Shown here piece after piece: positions 29,611-40,409 of a DNA stretch of 64,000 nt; position 1 is the first letter of the stretch; every line of letters begins with the position of its first letter. The DNA is from Carpediemonas membranifera BICM (lineage: Eukaryota; Protista; Fornicata). The position numbers were made by a program, and so were the translations under genes. Where the stretch lies: assembly GCA_019828565.1 (NCBI GenBank), contig JAHDYR010000053.1:842272-906271 (forward strand). The letters are read 5' to 3'. Under the pieces are notes generated by a model, which saw nothing but the letters and a program-made list of their open reading frames with translations, had not been told where the DNA came from and made no database searches.

Positions 29611-29949
29611 GATGGAGAGTATTAACACTGTGCTCGAGAGGACGGAAAAACAACTTGGTGCTTTAGTCAAAGAGAAGTCGACACAACAGTGTCGACCGGA
29701 ATGGCGGATCGAATCGCCAATCAAATAAAATATTTGATTGGCACACTGCCACATGCGGTGTCTTGTAGCTCGATGTGATCGCGACTTGGCGACTCTCCAT
29801 CACACAGTTGTTGCTGAACCACACGATTAACTTCAATCCTACGCTGTCATGACGACCTCATTTAATGATCAGTCTTATTTGGTCAATGATCTCAAACCTG
29901 CTTCTAAATTTCACTCTCTCAATTGTTTGGGTACCACAGTAATTACTGC

Positions 29950-32506
29950 ATGCATTTACCTGAAACAAAACTCAACAACGCCCCGTTCCTGCGAAAGGCC
30001 ACCACCAAGTCGTGGTATACTTTCCGTCAAGACTACGAGCAGTATGCTGCCCGTGAAGCCGATCCGATCGTTGCCTTTGACCTAATCGAAACGCAGGTCC
30101 TAGAGGTTCTTAAGATCCGAATCCCTGAACTTGAGGGGTTCCTTGAGTACGCTAATGAAACGCCGGATGAAGAGCCGGCCGATACCTCTGAACTCAACGA
30201 GGCCTTTATCACCATGGTAGACGAGCTGATGCAGCCTCTGGATGAGGTGGACGCTTTAGATCGCTTTAAGGACTTGTCGTGCGGCTCTGAGGGTAACCTC
30301 ATTGACAACATGGCCGCGTATGCCCTGGCGTATAAGCGTCAAGTTCGTAACTGTTGTAAGGTTCGGCCCACGGAGAAGCTCATCGTCGATGCCTTTGTTG
30401 CTGGCATCAGGTACGGTCGCTTGAAGGAGCGAGTGAATGCTAAGAAGGCGAAGACGCTTGACGAGACGATCGCCGAGGCATTCATCCAGGCCACGGAAGC
30501 AGAGAAGGCTCGCAGAGAGCACCAGCGTGTGGAGCGAGAGAGTGCGACCTCCGCAACGATGACTAAGGCTAAGGAGAAGTCGGAAACTGCTTGTGAGTAC
30601 TGCCAGCGCAAGGGTCACACTGCTGATACGTGTTGGAAGCGTAAGCGTGACGAGCGTGAGGGAGTAAAGGGGCAGAAGTACGTTCATCTTAATGCTTTGG
30701 TCGCGGAGGACCGCGACAACAGACCCATTGGCGAGGTGGGCATCCTGGGGAGAGTGTTGGCGTTCCTTTATGACACAGGGGCCTCTGCCGACTTTATATC
30801 CCAATCCCTCGTCAAAGAGCTCGGCCTAGTCGTCGAGCCCGACCATGCTAAGGTTAAGCTGGCCACTGGTACGATTTACAACTCACCCGGCATTGTTAAG
30901 TTGAGTGCAGATTTTGGAGTGTTGCCATCTACTGGGCGGAGAACTCAAGCTGCTCTCAATTTGCGGGTGCTACCCGGGCTGAAGCCGACATTAGTTATGG
31001 GAATATCGACATTAAGTGCGTTGGGGCTAATCACGATCGTCAAGCCGACGATGGAGAATTCTGGAGAGCCACACTTCGCGGAGCTTGATGAAGATGAAGT
31101 AGACGAGACGTTATTTACCCTTGCTGAAGCGGAGCACGAACTACAGATACGTAGCTTCCCTGAAGAGACTAATACCATCCTAAGCAAGTACAAAGACGTT
31201 CTCGGCGACATTTCGCAGCCAGCAGACGTTCCACCCTTCGAACTGGTTCTTACAAACCAGAAGGTTATCAACATCCCTCCATACCACGTCTCGGCTGAAG
31301 AAAGAGAGGATATGCAGCGCCAGACGGCGCAGCTGGAGGATCTGAATGTGATTGAGGAGTCTACGAGCAACTATAACAATCCTACGGTGCTTGTATGGAA
31401 GCGCGATCGCACCCGCAGGCTCTGCTTGGACTTTCGGCGCCTTAACGACGCGACGGAGGACTTCGATCACGACCTCCCTATCATTGACGATCTGGTAGCA
31501 AGACTAGAGGGTAAGACCCTCTTCGCTAAGCTGGACCTAAGCAAGGCCTTTCACCAGATTCCTATGACCAAGAGCTCACGCAGACTAACGGCGTTTACAG
31601 TTGGGAAGCGTAAGTACCAGTACAAGCGTTTAGCTTTCGGACTCAAAGGGGCCGCAGCCTTCTGTCAGAAGACCCTCGAATCCGTACTAGGCGATGCACT
31701 GTGGACACGGTGTCTCGCATATGTAGACGACATAGTAATATTCGGAGAGAACCAGAGAGAGTACCTCGACAATCTGGACTATGTCTTGAGAAAGCTCAAC
31801 TCGGCCAAGTTGAAGCTGAATCTGTCCAAGTCTGAGTTCGGACTGACAGAAATAGAATACTTGGGCTGGCTTGTGAATGGCGACGGCAAGCGAATCGCGC
31901 CTGACCGCCTAGAAGGCATCGACCGCCTAACCAGCCCGAGAGATGTTGCCGGAGTCAGAACCTTACTCGGGTTCACGAACTATTTTAGCCATATGATTCC
32001 GAACTACGGCAATATGATGGAGCCAGTCCTGGCTCTGACGAGAGCCAAGGAAGAGTTCCGTTGGGAGAAGGCCCAACAAGATGCCCTAGTCGACATCAAA
32101 GCGACCCTATCTCAGAACAACATGTTAAGTCACCCCAAGCGTGGCTGCCAATTAATCCTACAAACCGACGCGAGTGACTACGCTGTCGGGGCAGTTTTGT
32201 TACAGATCGAAGACGGGGAGGAGCGTCCGATTGCTTTCTATTCCAAGACACTATCGGATGTTCAAAGAAGGTGGAGCACCTATGAAAAGGAAGGCTTCGG
32301 CATTTATTACGCTATGATCAAGGCCGAGCGGTTCCTAGTAGGCAGGCCGTTTACTGTGAGAACGGACCACCGGAATTTGCTGTATATCGCGACAAGCACG
32401 AACGCTAAGGTAACTAGATGGCGCATGGCACTGGAAAGGTTCGACTATTCCGTCGTACACGTGCCTGGTCAAGCGAACGGTGCTGCCGACGCGCTATCTC
32501 GCCTAT
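29950..32506 (+). CDS. Element D gag-pol, 5' part (Gag, PR, RT, RNase H)
   Basis: CEYCQRKGHTADTC, YDTGAS, LCLDFRRLN, LDLSKAFHQ, YVDD, QTDAS, ADALSRL. Confidence 0.93.
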
Positions 32507-34254
32507 CATACTGTCAATTCCTTGACTTCAAGTCAAGTTTTTGTGACTTAAAGTCAAGGCCAAAACTTGACTTTAAGTCAAGACGTTTGAATTAATCAGA
32601 GGAACCAGGCTCTGTCAGTAAATAAGAATGGTATGGCTGGGTAGCAGTACTAGTTCTCTATTCACTGCATTGATGGCTAACTGTGGGCTAAGCTGTGACC
32701 TGAGTATGGGTGACTTCTTCTTGACGACGAGAGCCATTTTTTTCAAGTTCGACCACTTTGGCTCTGTCCCCTTCGCAGTTTTTTGCAGGATCTGATCTAC
32801 ACCAGTAGTGCTTGTGATCCAACAAAAATCTGCGAAGGGGACAGAACAGATCTCGAGATTTTTAGCAAAAGACTCGGGCCGAGTCGAGAGGCGTTATTGA
32901 TGAGCGCACAGCTCAGGGAATTTTTCTACGCTGCAACTAAAAACCAAGAGGCCGAGTAAACACAAGTATTACTACACGATGATGCCCAGACCGTCGTGTA
33001 AGGAGAACATTCTTGGGCGGTCAACGCGAAGAAAAAGTTAAAGTTATTGGAATTAAAAAGACGGCAATGTACTCGCCCTTGGCTGAAACCTCAGGCATAA
33101 TGGTTTCAGGTGTGAACTCTTCCAATTGGGGGAGTTATTGTTATTGTTCAGTTTAAGGTCACGCCGCCTGCATGAAAAAAAATGGTAATGACGGAAGCAA
33201 TGTCGGAGATATCCAGAAATGACTGTGATAGAGCTCATAGCAAGACAGCATTCGAGATATTTGCCCATCTGAGCATGCTTTCGCTCATTCTAGATGCCAT
33301 AAGCCTCTTTTCCCACAACTAATCAATATCAAGTCGGCCATTACTCAGTATCGCTCGCTCAGACATCTGAAACGTCCCCATTGGCAATATAACCCTGCTG
33401 GAACAGTGAAGTGGCGAGCATAGAGTTCTATTGATGACGAAAGGTTGCGACCGGCAAGCGCCTGGTTCATACGGCCATTTGGGGCGGCGCGAGAGCCAAT
33501 CTCGTTAATGAAAGGTAGGATGATGCGCGTATGAGTGTTTGTAGGGTCACTAACGACCTTAATGACGAGTTAGGACGTGTGGCAGGGCCGTGCGCTGCCG
33601 GAATACACAGGGCAGATTCGCCCCGTTGATTCCAGAAGCTCGCCGCTCTTCCACGCACGATAGTCAATACAGGGATAGATACACATCTGGACCTCTTTTA
33701 TACAGCCAACCAGGCTCCGCATAAACTGCGCATTTCAGATGACGCCCGATGAAGAAAACACACGAGCGACGCCGGTATCGCCGGCGAAACGTATAGCATT
33801 AACGATTGAAGGGATAGAATTGGAGCTAGACGTTGTTTATGGGATTCAACGAGCGCACTTCATTGATTCTCGCATTGATGGTGAATTAGAGCAGATGAAG
33901 CGCTGCACGGCAAGGATCAAGACATTTTGTTCATACTACATAGCAAATTACAACGAGTTTTCGATGTGAATAGATCTGTAAATAGAGAGAAACCTGTAGC
34001 AGCCGGATAAACACTGTCAGTCAACAGCCCAACCGAAGACACGCCAAAACACAAGCACAAGTCAGTTTTACTCAGTTTGATTCCCGCAATTGCAGAGTAG
34101 TTCTCATGGCAGTCTTTGCAGAGATTGCAGAGATGATGGGGTGGAGACACTCGATATTTGCATTTGTAGATGAGTTGGAGATAAATGTAGTCACTGACGC
34201 TAATCACCTTTTTGCAATGACACGGATGACGGAGTTCGTCATTCAATCTCGTTG

Positions 34255-34510
34255 CGAGCCATAAAGTGCACCAATAGTGGGAACCGACTTCCCACTATTT
34301 TCTCAGTGCCAATGAGCTATAGAGCTTTATTGAGGATATAAGCTTGCATAATAACACATCAATAGCGTCTGACGGCCGCTATGGCCCATGATACTCAATA
34401 ACAACATCAAACGAGTCAAAGGAACCACGAAACCACACAAGGAACGAGCTAGAAGAAACGATAGGAACTTTAATTGCATAAACAACATCAATACTGCCAC
34501 CAGCTGTCCA
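34255..34510 (+). repeat. 256-bp direct repeat, copy 1 (copy 2 at 38986-39241)
   Basis: Three substitutions seen between copies; contains the hairpin AATAGTGGGAA-CCGAC-TTCCCACTATT. Confidence 0.95.
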
Positions 34511-34582
34511 GTCAGCGCCCCAAAGCCAACAGCACCACGGCAGCACCACGACGCCACCGCAATTCATTCATTTACTACTGAC

Positions 34583-36342
34583 TCATTCCACAAAATAACA
34601 GTCATCCTCTGTGTTCTGTTGGGCAGACAGGTGCGATTCTGCCTTCCTCAGCTCAACAGGTGTTGCATGGTACACTTCCGCGTGTGCTGTGACGTCAGTT
34701 GGCGTGCCGGAGATATAAATGTAGTCATTGACGCCAATCACGTTTGCAATGACACGGATGACGGACATGCTCGCATTAGTGTTTGTCAGGGTGATGTAAC
34801 CCTTGTCTCTACCCTGGAAGAAGACGATTGTGCCGTCCTGGATGGATGCAATGGGCATGTTGTGAATCTGTGACCAGACCTGAATTGCGGTGTCCCGGCA
34901 GTATGGAAGACTGTCGTTCTTGCCACCCTTGCCTGTTGAACTGGCATGGCTGTAAAAGAGCTGATAGTCTGCCGGAAGTAGGTCGCGCTTCTGCATAATC
35001 CCTGCAGCAGCTTGAAGCTGCTTACGCCAATCTGTTGTCGGTACGTCACGCTCGTTAGACACATGCCTGAGGCAGTGGCCAACACAGTCACCATCGCCTG
35101 GGGGGTTGTACGGCTTGAACTTCGACCGGAGGTGACGTGTGAACTCGTCCAGGCAGTCCTCTCTCTCCTCGGTCTGGACATCCTTGTCATCTGTCGGGGT
35201 ACGGTCGTCACCTTCGTTCATCTCAGTTCCAGTCTCGCAGGTCACAGGTCTGGCCTTCTCGGGCTCAGTCTGGATACAGGCGTCGCATTTGGTCACGTCC
35301 TCCTCATCTGACTCACCCTTCTTCTCAACAGTCACCTCCTCCTCTATCTCCTCCTCCTCTGACTCCTCCTCCGAGTCCTCTGGCCTGGCCTTCTCGGGCG
35401 TGATGATGAGGGCCTTGCGCTTCACAGACATGGAGGCCTCGGGCTCGTCCGTATCGCGTCGGGGACAGGAAGTCCTGGAGACTGTGCCAGACTGTGGCGG
35501 GATGGGGCTGCATGGGAGTGATGCATCTATGGACTTGTCAGCGTCATAGGCTGCCTCTCGCTCAGCCTGCTGCTGCAGAAGGCGTCGATGCAGCGTGATG
35601 ACTTCCTCACTCTTTGCCGTCAAGCTCTTCCTCAACTGCTTGACTCTCTTCTTGTATCCTCGAACAATTTTGTGATAGTAATCGATGATAGCGCCAGTAC
35701 CTGGGGGGAGCAGGGGCGTACCTTCTCCCGCGGGGGTCTCCAACCATTCCAGGGCGATGATGTACTCTTCGAAGTACGAGCGGCAGGAGTGCTTCATGTA
35801 AGCAAGGTCTGCCTCCTTGCTGCGCACCCTGGCAACCATTGCTGTGACATGGTCGCGCACAAGCGCGTTGGTGGATGTCGCGTTGCGCCACGCCCGAACC
35901 TTGACACTCAGCGCCTCTTTTTCGATACGCGCGCCCTCATTCTCCTTGGCATACTCAGCCCTCTTGGAGTTCTTGAAGGCTGTGACAGCGGCCGACTCAA
36001 ACGCCTTCATCTCCTTCTCCGTGAAGGTTGCCTCGATGATCTCGTTCGAGGTCTTATCCTGCACCTGCTGAGACAGCAATGCCTCGAGTTCTGCCTTCTT
36101 CTCGCCCTGAATCTCGAAATATGAGCACAGGTGGTTGAAGTTGATCCCTATATAAACATTTGCACCAATTACGTACCGTTCTTGACGACTATATCGAAGA
36201 TATCGTTCTCGTCGAGCAATTTGTCCCGAAGAACGGCACTCTTCGCCTTGTTTGTCTTCTTCTCCTTGAATTCGGTGATAACGGCCTCAATCACATCATC
36301 TGAGGTGCTCTCGATCCACTCGTGAAGGAATTCGAACGTCAT
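34583..36342 (-). CDS. Cargo gene of element G: coiled-coil/acidic protein with C-terminal OTU-like cysteine protease domain (576 aa; 29-nt intron 36148-36176)
   Basis: PYNPPGDGDCVGHCL resembles the OTU Cys loop (.PGDGNC.F.A.); distal His in AHAEVY. Removing GTACGT...TTTATATAG joins the 36169-36441 ORF in frame. Confidence 0.65.
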
Positions 36343-37126
36343 TCTTCTCTTCGTTATATCCCAATAATGGACATATAACAGAGATGAGAAAATTGCCAGT
36401 AACCGTAGGCAACGGGGTGTCGGAAACGTTATACCATACAAACGGGGGATATAATCGCTCCGAAAACACCCATTATGTGGACTGAATGGCGATATAACGT
36501 ATGGGGAGTGATCCGGCGAGCTTTCGGGCGGTGCAGGCTAAGACACACCAAGTCTGTGGTGCTATAACGTACCTCGGGACGCACTGTGGAGGCCCCTAGA
36601 GTACTCGGTCATGGCATGTCAGACCAAGGGTCCCTCAAATCTGGCCCCATTCAGGATGCACCCCCTAAATGTTCCGTTGCAAGCGTCTGACGGGCGTTCT
36701 CTGGATACCGACCAAGATGGAGGTCACGTGGATCAACGGACGATAATTGCGGTATTCTGGCCATGCCTGGTACTCTCAAATCATCTATACTGCTCTGTGG
36801 TTCATTTATTGTTCATATCGTATGGTCCTGATGGACTTATGATGATTGATGTTGTTTAGGGATTATTGTTGCTTTAGTGATGCTCTGCGCCCGCCAACTG
36901 ATGTTTCTTAGTGTTGTGTACATGCCTACTACGTTAAAGCCGCCAGTATTCTTTCTATTCTTAAGTTCGCCATTTCAATCTCGTTGCGAGCATAAAGTGC
37001 GCGAATGCGCGGGTCAGTTCCCCCGTTTTCAGCGAAGCTGATGCGACAACACAGAGGCAAGCGAATCCTTACACCTCAGGCGTTGCCAAGAGGCCGTTGT
37101 CTGCCAGGATCTATTAGCAGTGATGA

Positions 37127-37455
37127 GATATACGGATTTCAGACTTTCTGCCTGCACGACCTCAAATGTTGACTCCCCTCGGCACCGAAAAGGCACCTAT
37201 ATCCATGAATACCCTCTACAGTGATGTATCCACCCGATAAATGGATTTCAAATTTGTCGGGTCTCATGATAAATGGATTTCAGACTTTCGTACTGTTGGC
37301 CATCTGAGAATTTATGAACGACCTCTAGAATATTTTGAATGCAAGAACGTGCCTATGGCACTCTATTGTACCCCTGAACACGGTTTGACCACTGTTTTGG
37401 GCATTTGGAGAGATTCGAATTTTTGTGCATGACGAAAGTCTGAAATCCGTATATC
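37127..37455. promoter_or_regulatory. 329-bp segment bounded by perfect 22-bp inverted repeats, ending just before the ATG of the recombinase-like gene (MITE or invertible/regulatory segment)
   Basis: GATATACGGATTTCAGACTTTC at 37127-37148 and its reverse complement at 37434-37455; internal degenerate copies at ~37236 and ~37268. Confidence 0.7.
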
Positions 37456-37456
37456 G

Positions 37457-38845
37457 ATGGAAGGAAGCCCGCAGGAGATGGAAACAACCATGGAAGCTAT
37501 GAAAGAAGCTTGGTTGAACAAGATTAAGAAGAAATCTTCCCGGAAAGCGGTCGCAAACAACCTTTCGCGGTTCGTTCAATTCTTACAACGTGAGCGAGGG
37601 AGTACCGAGGATGAAGCGCTCTCCGTGATCCGATCCGAGGAGGTTAGATCGCTTGTGCCCGGTTTTGCTGCATCATTGAACAAGGCAACCGCTGCTGTCA
37701 CTCTCAGTGCCGTCAACTCATTCCGAAACTCCGGCAGAGACAATGTCAAGCCGCTTGGGCAGTTTGAGCCTGTCGCATCGGAAGCTATTGTCCGACTAGT
37801 CTTCCCCTACAATGCGCTGGCTCTTATCATCAGCCACACGGGCATGACTGCCACATCAGCCCGCGATATTGATGTGAGCGAGCTCCAGATTCCCCCGGAA
37901 CTCTCTGACTGGTTGCTATTCACCGGGGCACCATCTGCGATGTCCGCTGTGATGCCTAGCACCTTCTCGCAGGCTCTCAAGTCGGTCGGGCTGAGTGTTA
38001 ACCAGCTTCGCTATGCGCCCACTGTGCATGTCGATCTCAATCAGCTCAAGAAGCGGGTGATTGAGACACAAAGACGGACTGGCAGGCCCAGGGATCCGAT
38101 CAAGGTTCGTAAGGTCATTAAGGACAAGCGCATCAGCCTGACCGATGAGCAGTTCAGGCATCAGTTGGCGTCCAGTCACTTAACGACCACGCGGCGCCCA
38201 ACGATCCTCGATCTCAACCCGGAGATCCGAAGCTCTGCTGACCTGGTGCCGCCGACGCTCGATGACTGGCTTTACAACAAGCTCAGGATTAGGATGGTCC
38301 AGCTCCACGACCAGCGTAAGCCCGAGGGGGGCGACACGGGGGAGGGTGAGTCTGACGATGAGGCGCTGTTTGACGAGACAGCTGGCGAGGCAGAGATGCC
38401 GGAGACCGCAGTGGAGGGCGAGTTTGACGATGAGGCCGGGTTGGAGATGCTGGAAGGAGAGTGGGAGGATGAGGAGAGTTCAGACAGCGATGCCGAGGAT
38501 AGCCTCGTCGACAACCTGTCATTTCTTCAGTCACAACAGGTTGAGTGTGATATGTCTGAGAGAGATACCGATGAGGGTGTCCGTAGCGGGGCCAATGGAA
38601 GTGGGCTCGCTCCGCTCTATGACGCTATGAAGACCAGGGAGCCCAGCAGACGCATTCGCCTTCGCCGCTATCACGAGAGCGAGTCAGACTTGGGCAGCAG
38701 CAGCGACAGCGAGGACGGGATGCCGAAGCTGCCCGTTGAGGCCTTTGAGCACATCCGTGATGCCGGGATGACAACTGTGAGGCTGACGAGGGCCGAGTAT
38801 GACGACCTGATGGAGAAGAGAGAGCAGGAAAAGCATCAGAAGTAA
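37457..38845 (+). CDS. Degenerate tyrosine-recombinase-like protein with acidic C-terminal half (462 aa)
   Basis: Core-binding-like helices (KSSRKAVANNLSRFVQFL; ATAAVTLSAVNSF), box I-like ALIISHTGMTATSARDIDVSEL, box II-like GLSVNQLRY. The catalytic Arg and His are replaced and no Tyr nucleophile is evident. Confidence 0.55.
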   Translation: MEGSPQEMETTMEAMKEAWLNKIKKKSSRKAVANNLSRFVQFLQRERGSTEDEALSVIRSEEVRSLVPGFAASLNKATAAVTLSAVNSFRNSGRDNVKPLGQFEPVASEAIVRLVFPYNALALIISHTGMTATSARDIDVSELQIPPELSDWLLFTGAPSAMSAVMPSTFSQALKSVGLSVNQLRYAPTVHVDLNQLKKRVIETQRRTGRPRDPIKVRKVIKDKRISLTDEQFRHQLASSHLTTTRRPTILDLNPEIRSSADLVPPTLDDWLYNKLRIRMVQLHDQRKPEGGDTGEGESDDEALFDETAGEAEMPETAVEGEFDDEAGLEMLEGEWEDEESSDSDAEDSLVDNLSFLQSQQVECDMSERDTDEGVRSGANGSGLAPLYDAMKTREPSRRIRLRRYHESESDLGSSSDSEDGMPKLPVEAFEHIRDAGMTTVRLTRAEYDDLMEKREQEKHQK

Positions 38846-38985
38846 ATGAACGAAGTAAATATGTCGTGGGAATGACTCAAACACTGACTAAGCCATCGAC
38901 TTGGCGCAGCTGACCAGACAGTCAGATATACATTCATTTATTCCTGTCTCGCTCTCTTGCCTGTCGGAGACCAGCGGATTGAGAT

Positions 38986-39241
38986 CGAGCCATAAAGTGC
39001 ACCAATAGTGGGAACCGACTTCCCACTATTTTCTCAGTGCCAATGAGCTATAGAGCTTTATTGAGGATATAAGCTTGCATAATAACACATCAATAGCGTC
39101 TGACGGCCGCTATGGCCCATGATACTCATTAACAACATCAAACGAGTCAAAGGAACCACGAAACCACACAAGGAACGAGCTAGAAGAAACAATAGGAACT
39201 TTAATTGCATAAACAACATCAATACTGCCACCAACTGTCCA
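38986..39241 (+). repeat. 256-bp direct repeat, copy 2
   Basis: Near-identical to 34255-34510. Confidence 0.95.
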
Positions 39242-39272
39242 TTGGATTCCAGAAATAGCCATTGTCTCTTCT

Positions 39273-39832
39273 GGAACGTCCGGGAGAGAGCACAGGGGAG
39301 AGAGCCCCAGGAGAAGAGAGCCCGGGGGAACGTCCGGGAGAGAGCACGGGGGAGAGAGCCCGGGGGAACGTCCAAGAGAGAGCACGGGGGAGAGAGCCCC
39401 GGGAGAAGAGAGCCCGGGGGAACGTCCGGGAGAGAGCACGGGGGAGAGAGCCCGGGGGAACGTCCAAGAGAGAGCACAGGGGAGAGAGCCCCAGGAGAAG
39501 AGAGCCCGGGGGAACGTCCGAGAGCACGGGGAGAGAGCCCGAGAAGAGAGCCCGGGGAACGTCCAAGAGAGAGCACGGGGAGAGAGCCCGGAGAAGAGAG
39601 CCCGGGGAACGTCCGGAGAGCACGGGGAGAGAGCCCGGGAGAAGAGAGCCCGGGGAACGTCCAAGAGAGAGCACGGGGAGAGAGCACGGAGAAGAGAGCC
39701 CGGGGAACGTCCGGGAGAGAGCACGGGGAGAGAGCCCGGGGAACGTCCAAGAGAGAGCACGGGGAGAGAGCCCCGGGAGAAGAGAGCCCGGGGAACGTCC
39801 GGGAGAGAGCACGGGGAGAGCACGGGGAGAGA
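39273..39832. repeat. Purine-rich complex minisatellite built from GGGGAACGTCC, GAGAGAGCAC and GGGGAGAGAGCCC blocks
   Basis: Directly visible tandem blocks in shuffled order. Confidence 0.95.
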
Positions 39833-40191
39833 TATTGGGGCCCCGAAAACGCCAGCACCACCGCAAGTAAGCTATTTTATTGCAAAATACTCTACTTGCG
39901 CTGGTACTACAGCGTTTTCGCGGCCCTTGCCCATCATTCGTCGTCTGATTTTTTCGTGCAGAATTCAAACGAGTGCCGCCTGGCAGAGGCTGAGCATCTG
40001 AGCGTGGTCCCTGCGGTATCACTCGTCAGGCATAGCTCCCGGGCATGCTCACGAAAATTCAGGTGCAGATTTGGGAGCAGAATGATCGACGAACCCCGAA
40101 AACGCCATAACCGGCACCAGTGAGCATATCTTCGTTGATGAAGCTCATTGGTGTTGGTATTATGGCGTTTTCGGGGTTCTAATACTGTACT

Positions 40192-40409
40192 CCTCATCTC
40201 TGGCGCCCTCATCCTGGCGCCCTCATCCTGGCGCCTCATCCCTGGCGCCTCATCTCTGGCGCCCTCATCCTGGCGCCTCATCTCTGGCGCCCTCATCCTG
40301 GCGCCCTCGTCCTGGCGCCTCATCTCTGGCGCCTCATCTCTGGCGCCTCATCTCTGGCGCCCTCATCCTGGCGCCTCATCCCTGGCGCCTCATTCCTGGC
40401 GCCCTCATC
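40192..40409. repeat. Minisatellite of 13-15 bp units CTCATC(T)CTGGCGC(C)
   Basis: Directly visible tandem repeats. Confidence 0.95.

Larger units (their letters stand above)
12090..29753 (-). mobile_element. LTR element B: full-length Gypsy/chromovirus-like retrotransposon with 125-bp LTRs, interrupted by the LINE
   Basis: Identical LTRs 12090-12214 and 29629-29753; 4-bp TSD TGCG; PPT GGGGAGGTAG next to the 3' LTR. Confidence 0.95.

Noticed and set aside
29466-29754. ORF-track starts inside LTRs (27466-29754, 29923, 53348, 19051)
   Set aside because: Non-ATG extensions; the plausible gag starts are the ATGs at 29610, 29950, 53321 and 19063.
33739-33969. 76-aa ORF in element G
   Set aside because: Protein-like but short, with no recognisable motif; cannot be supported as a gene or transposase remnant.
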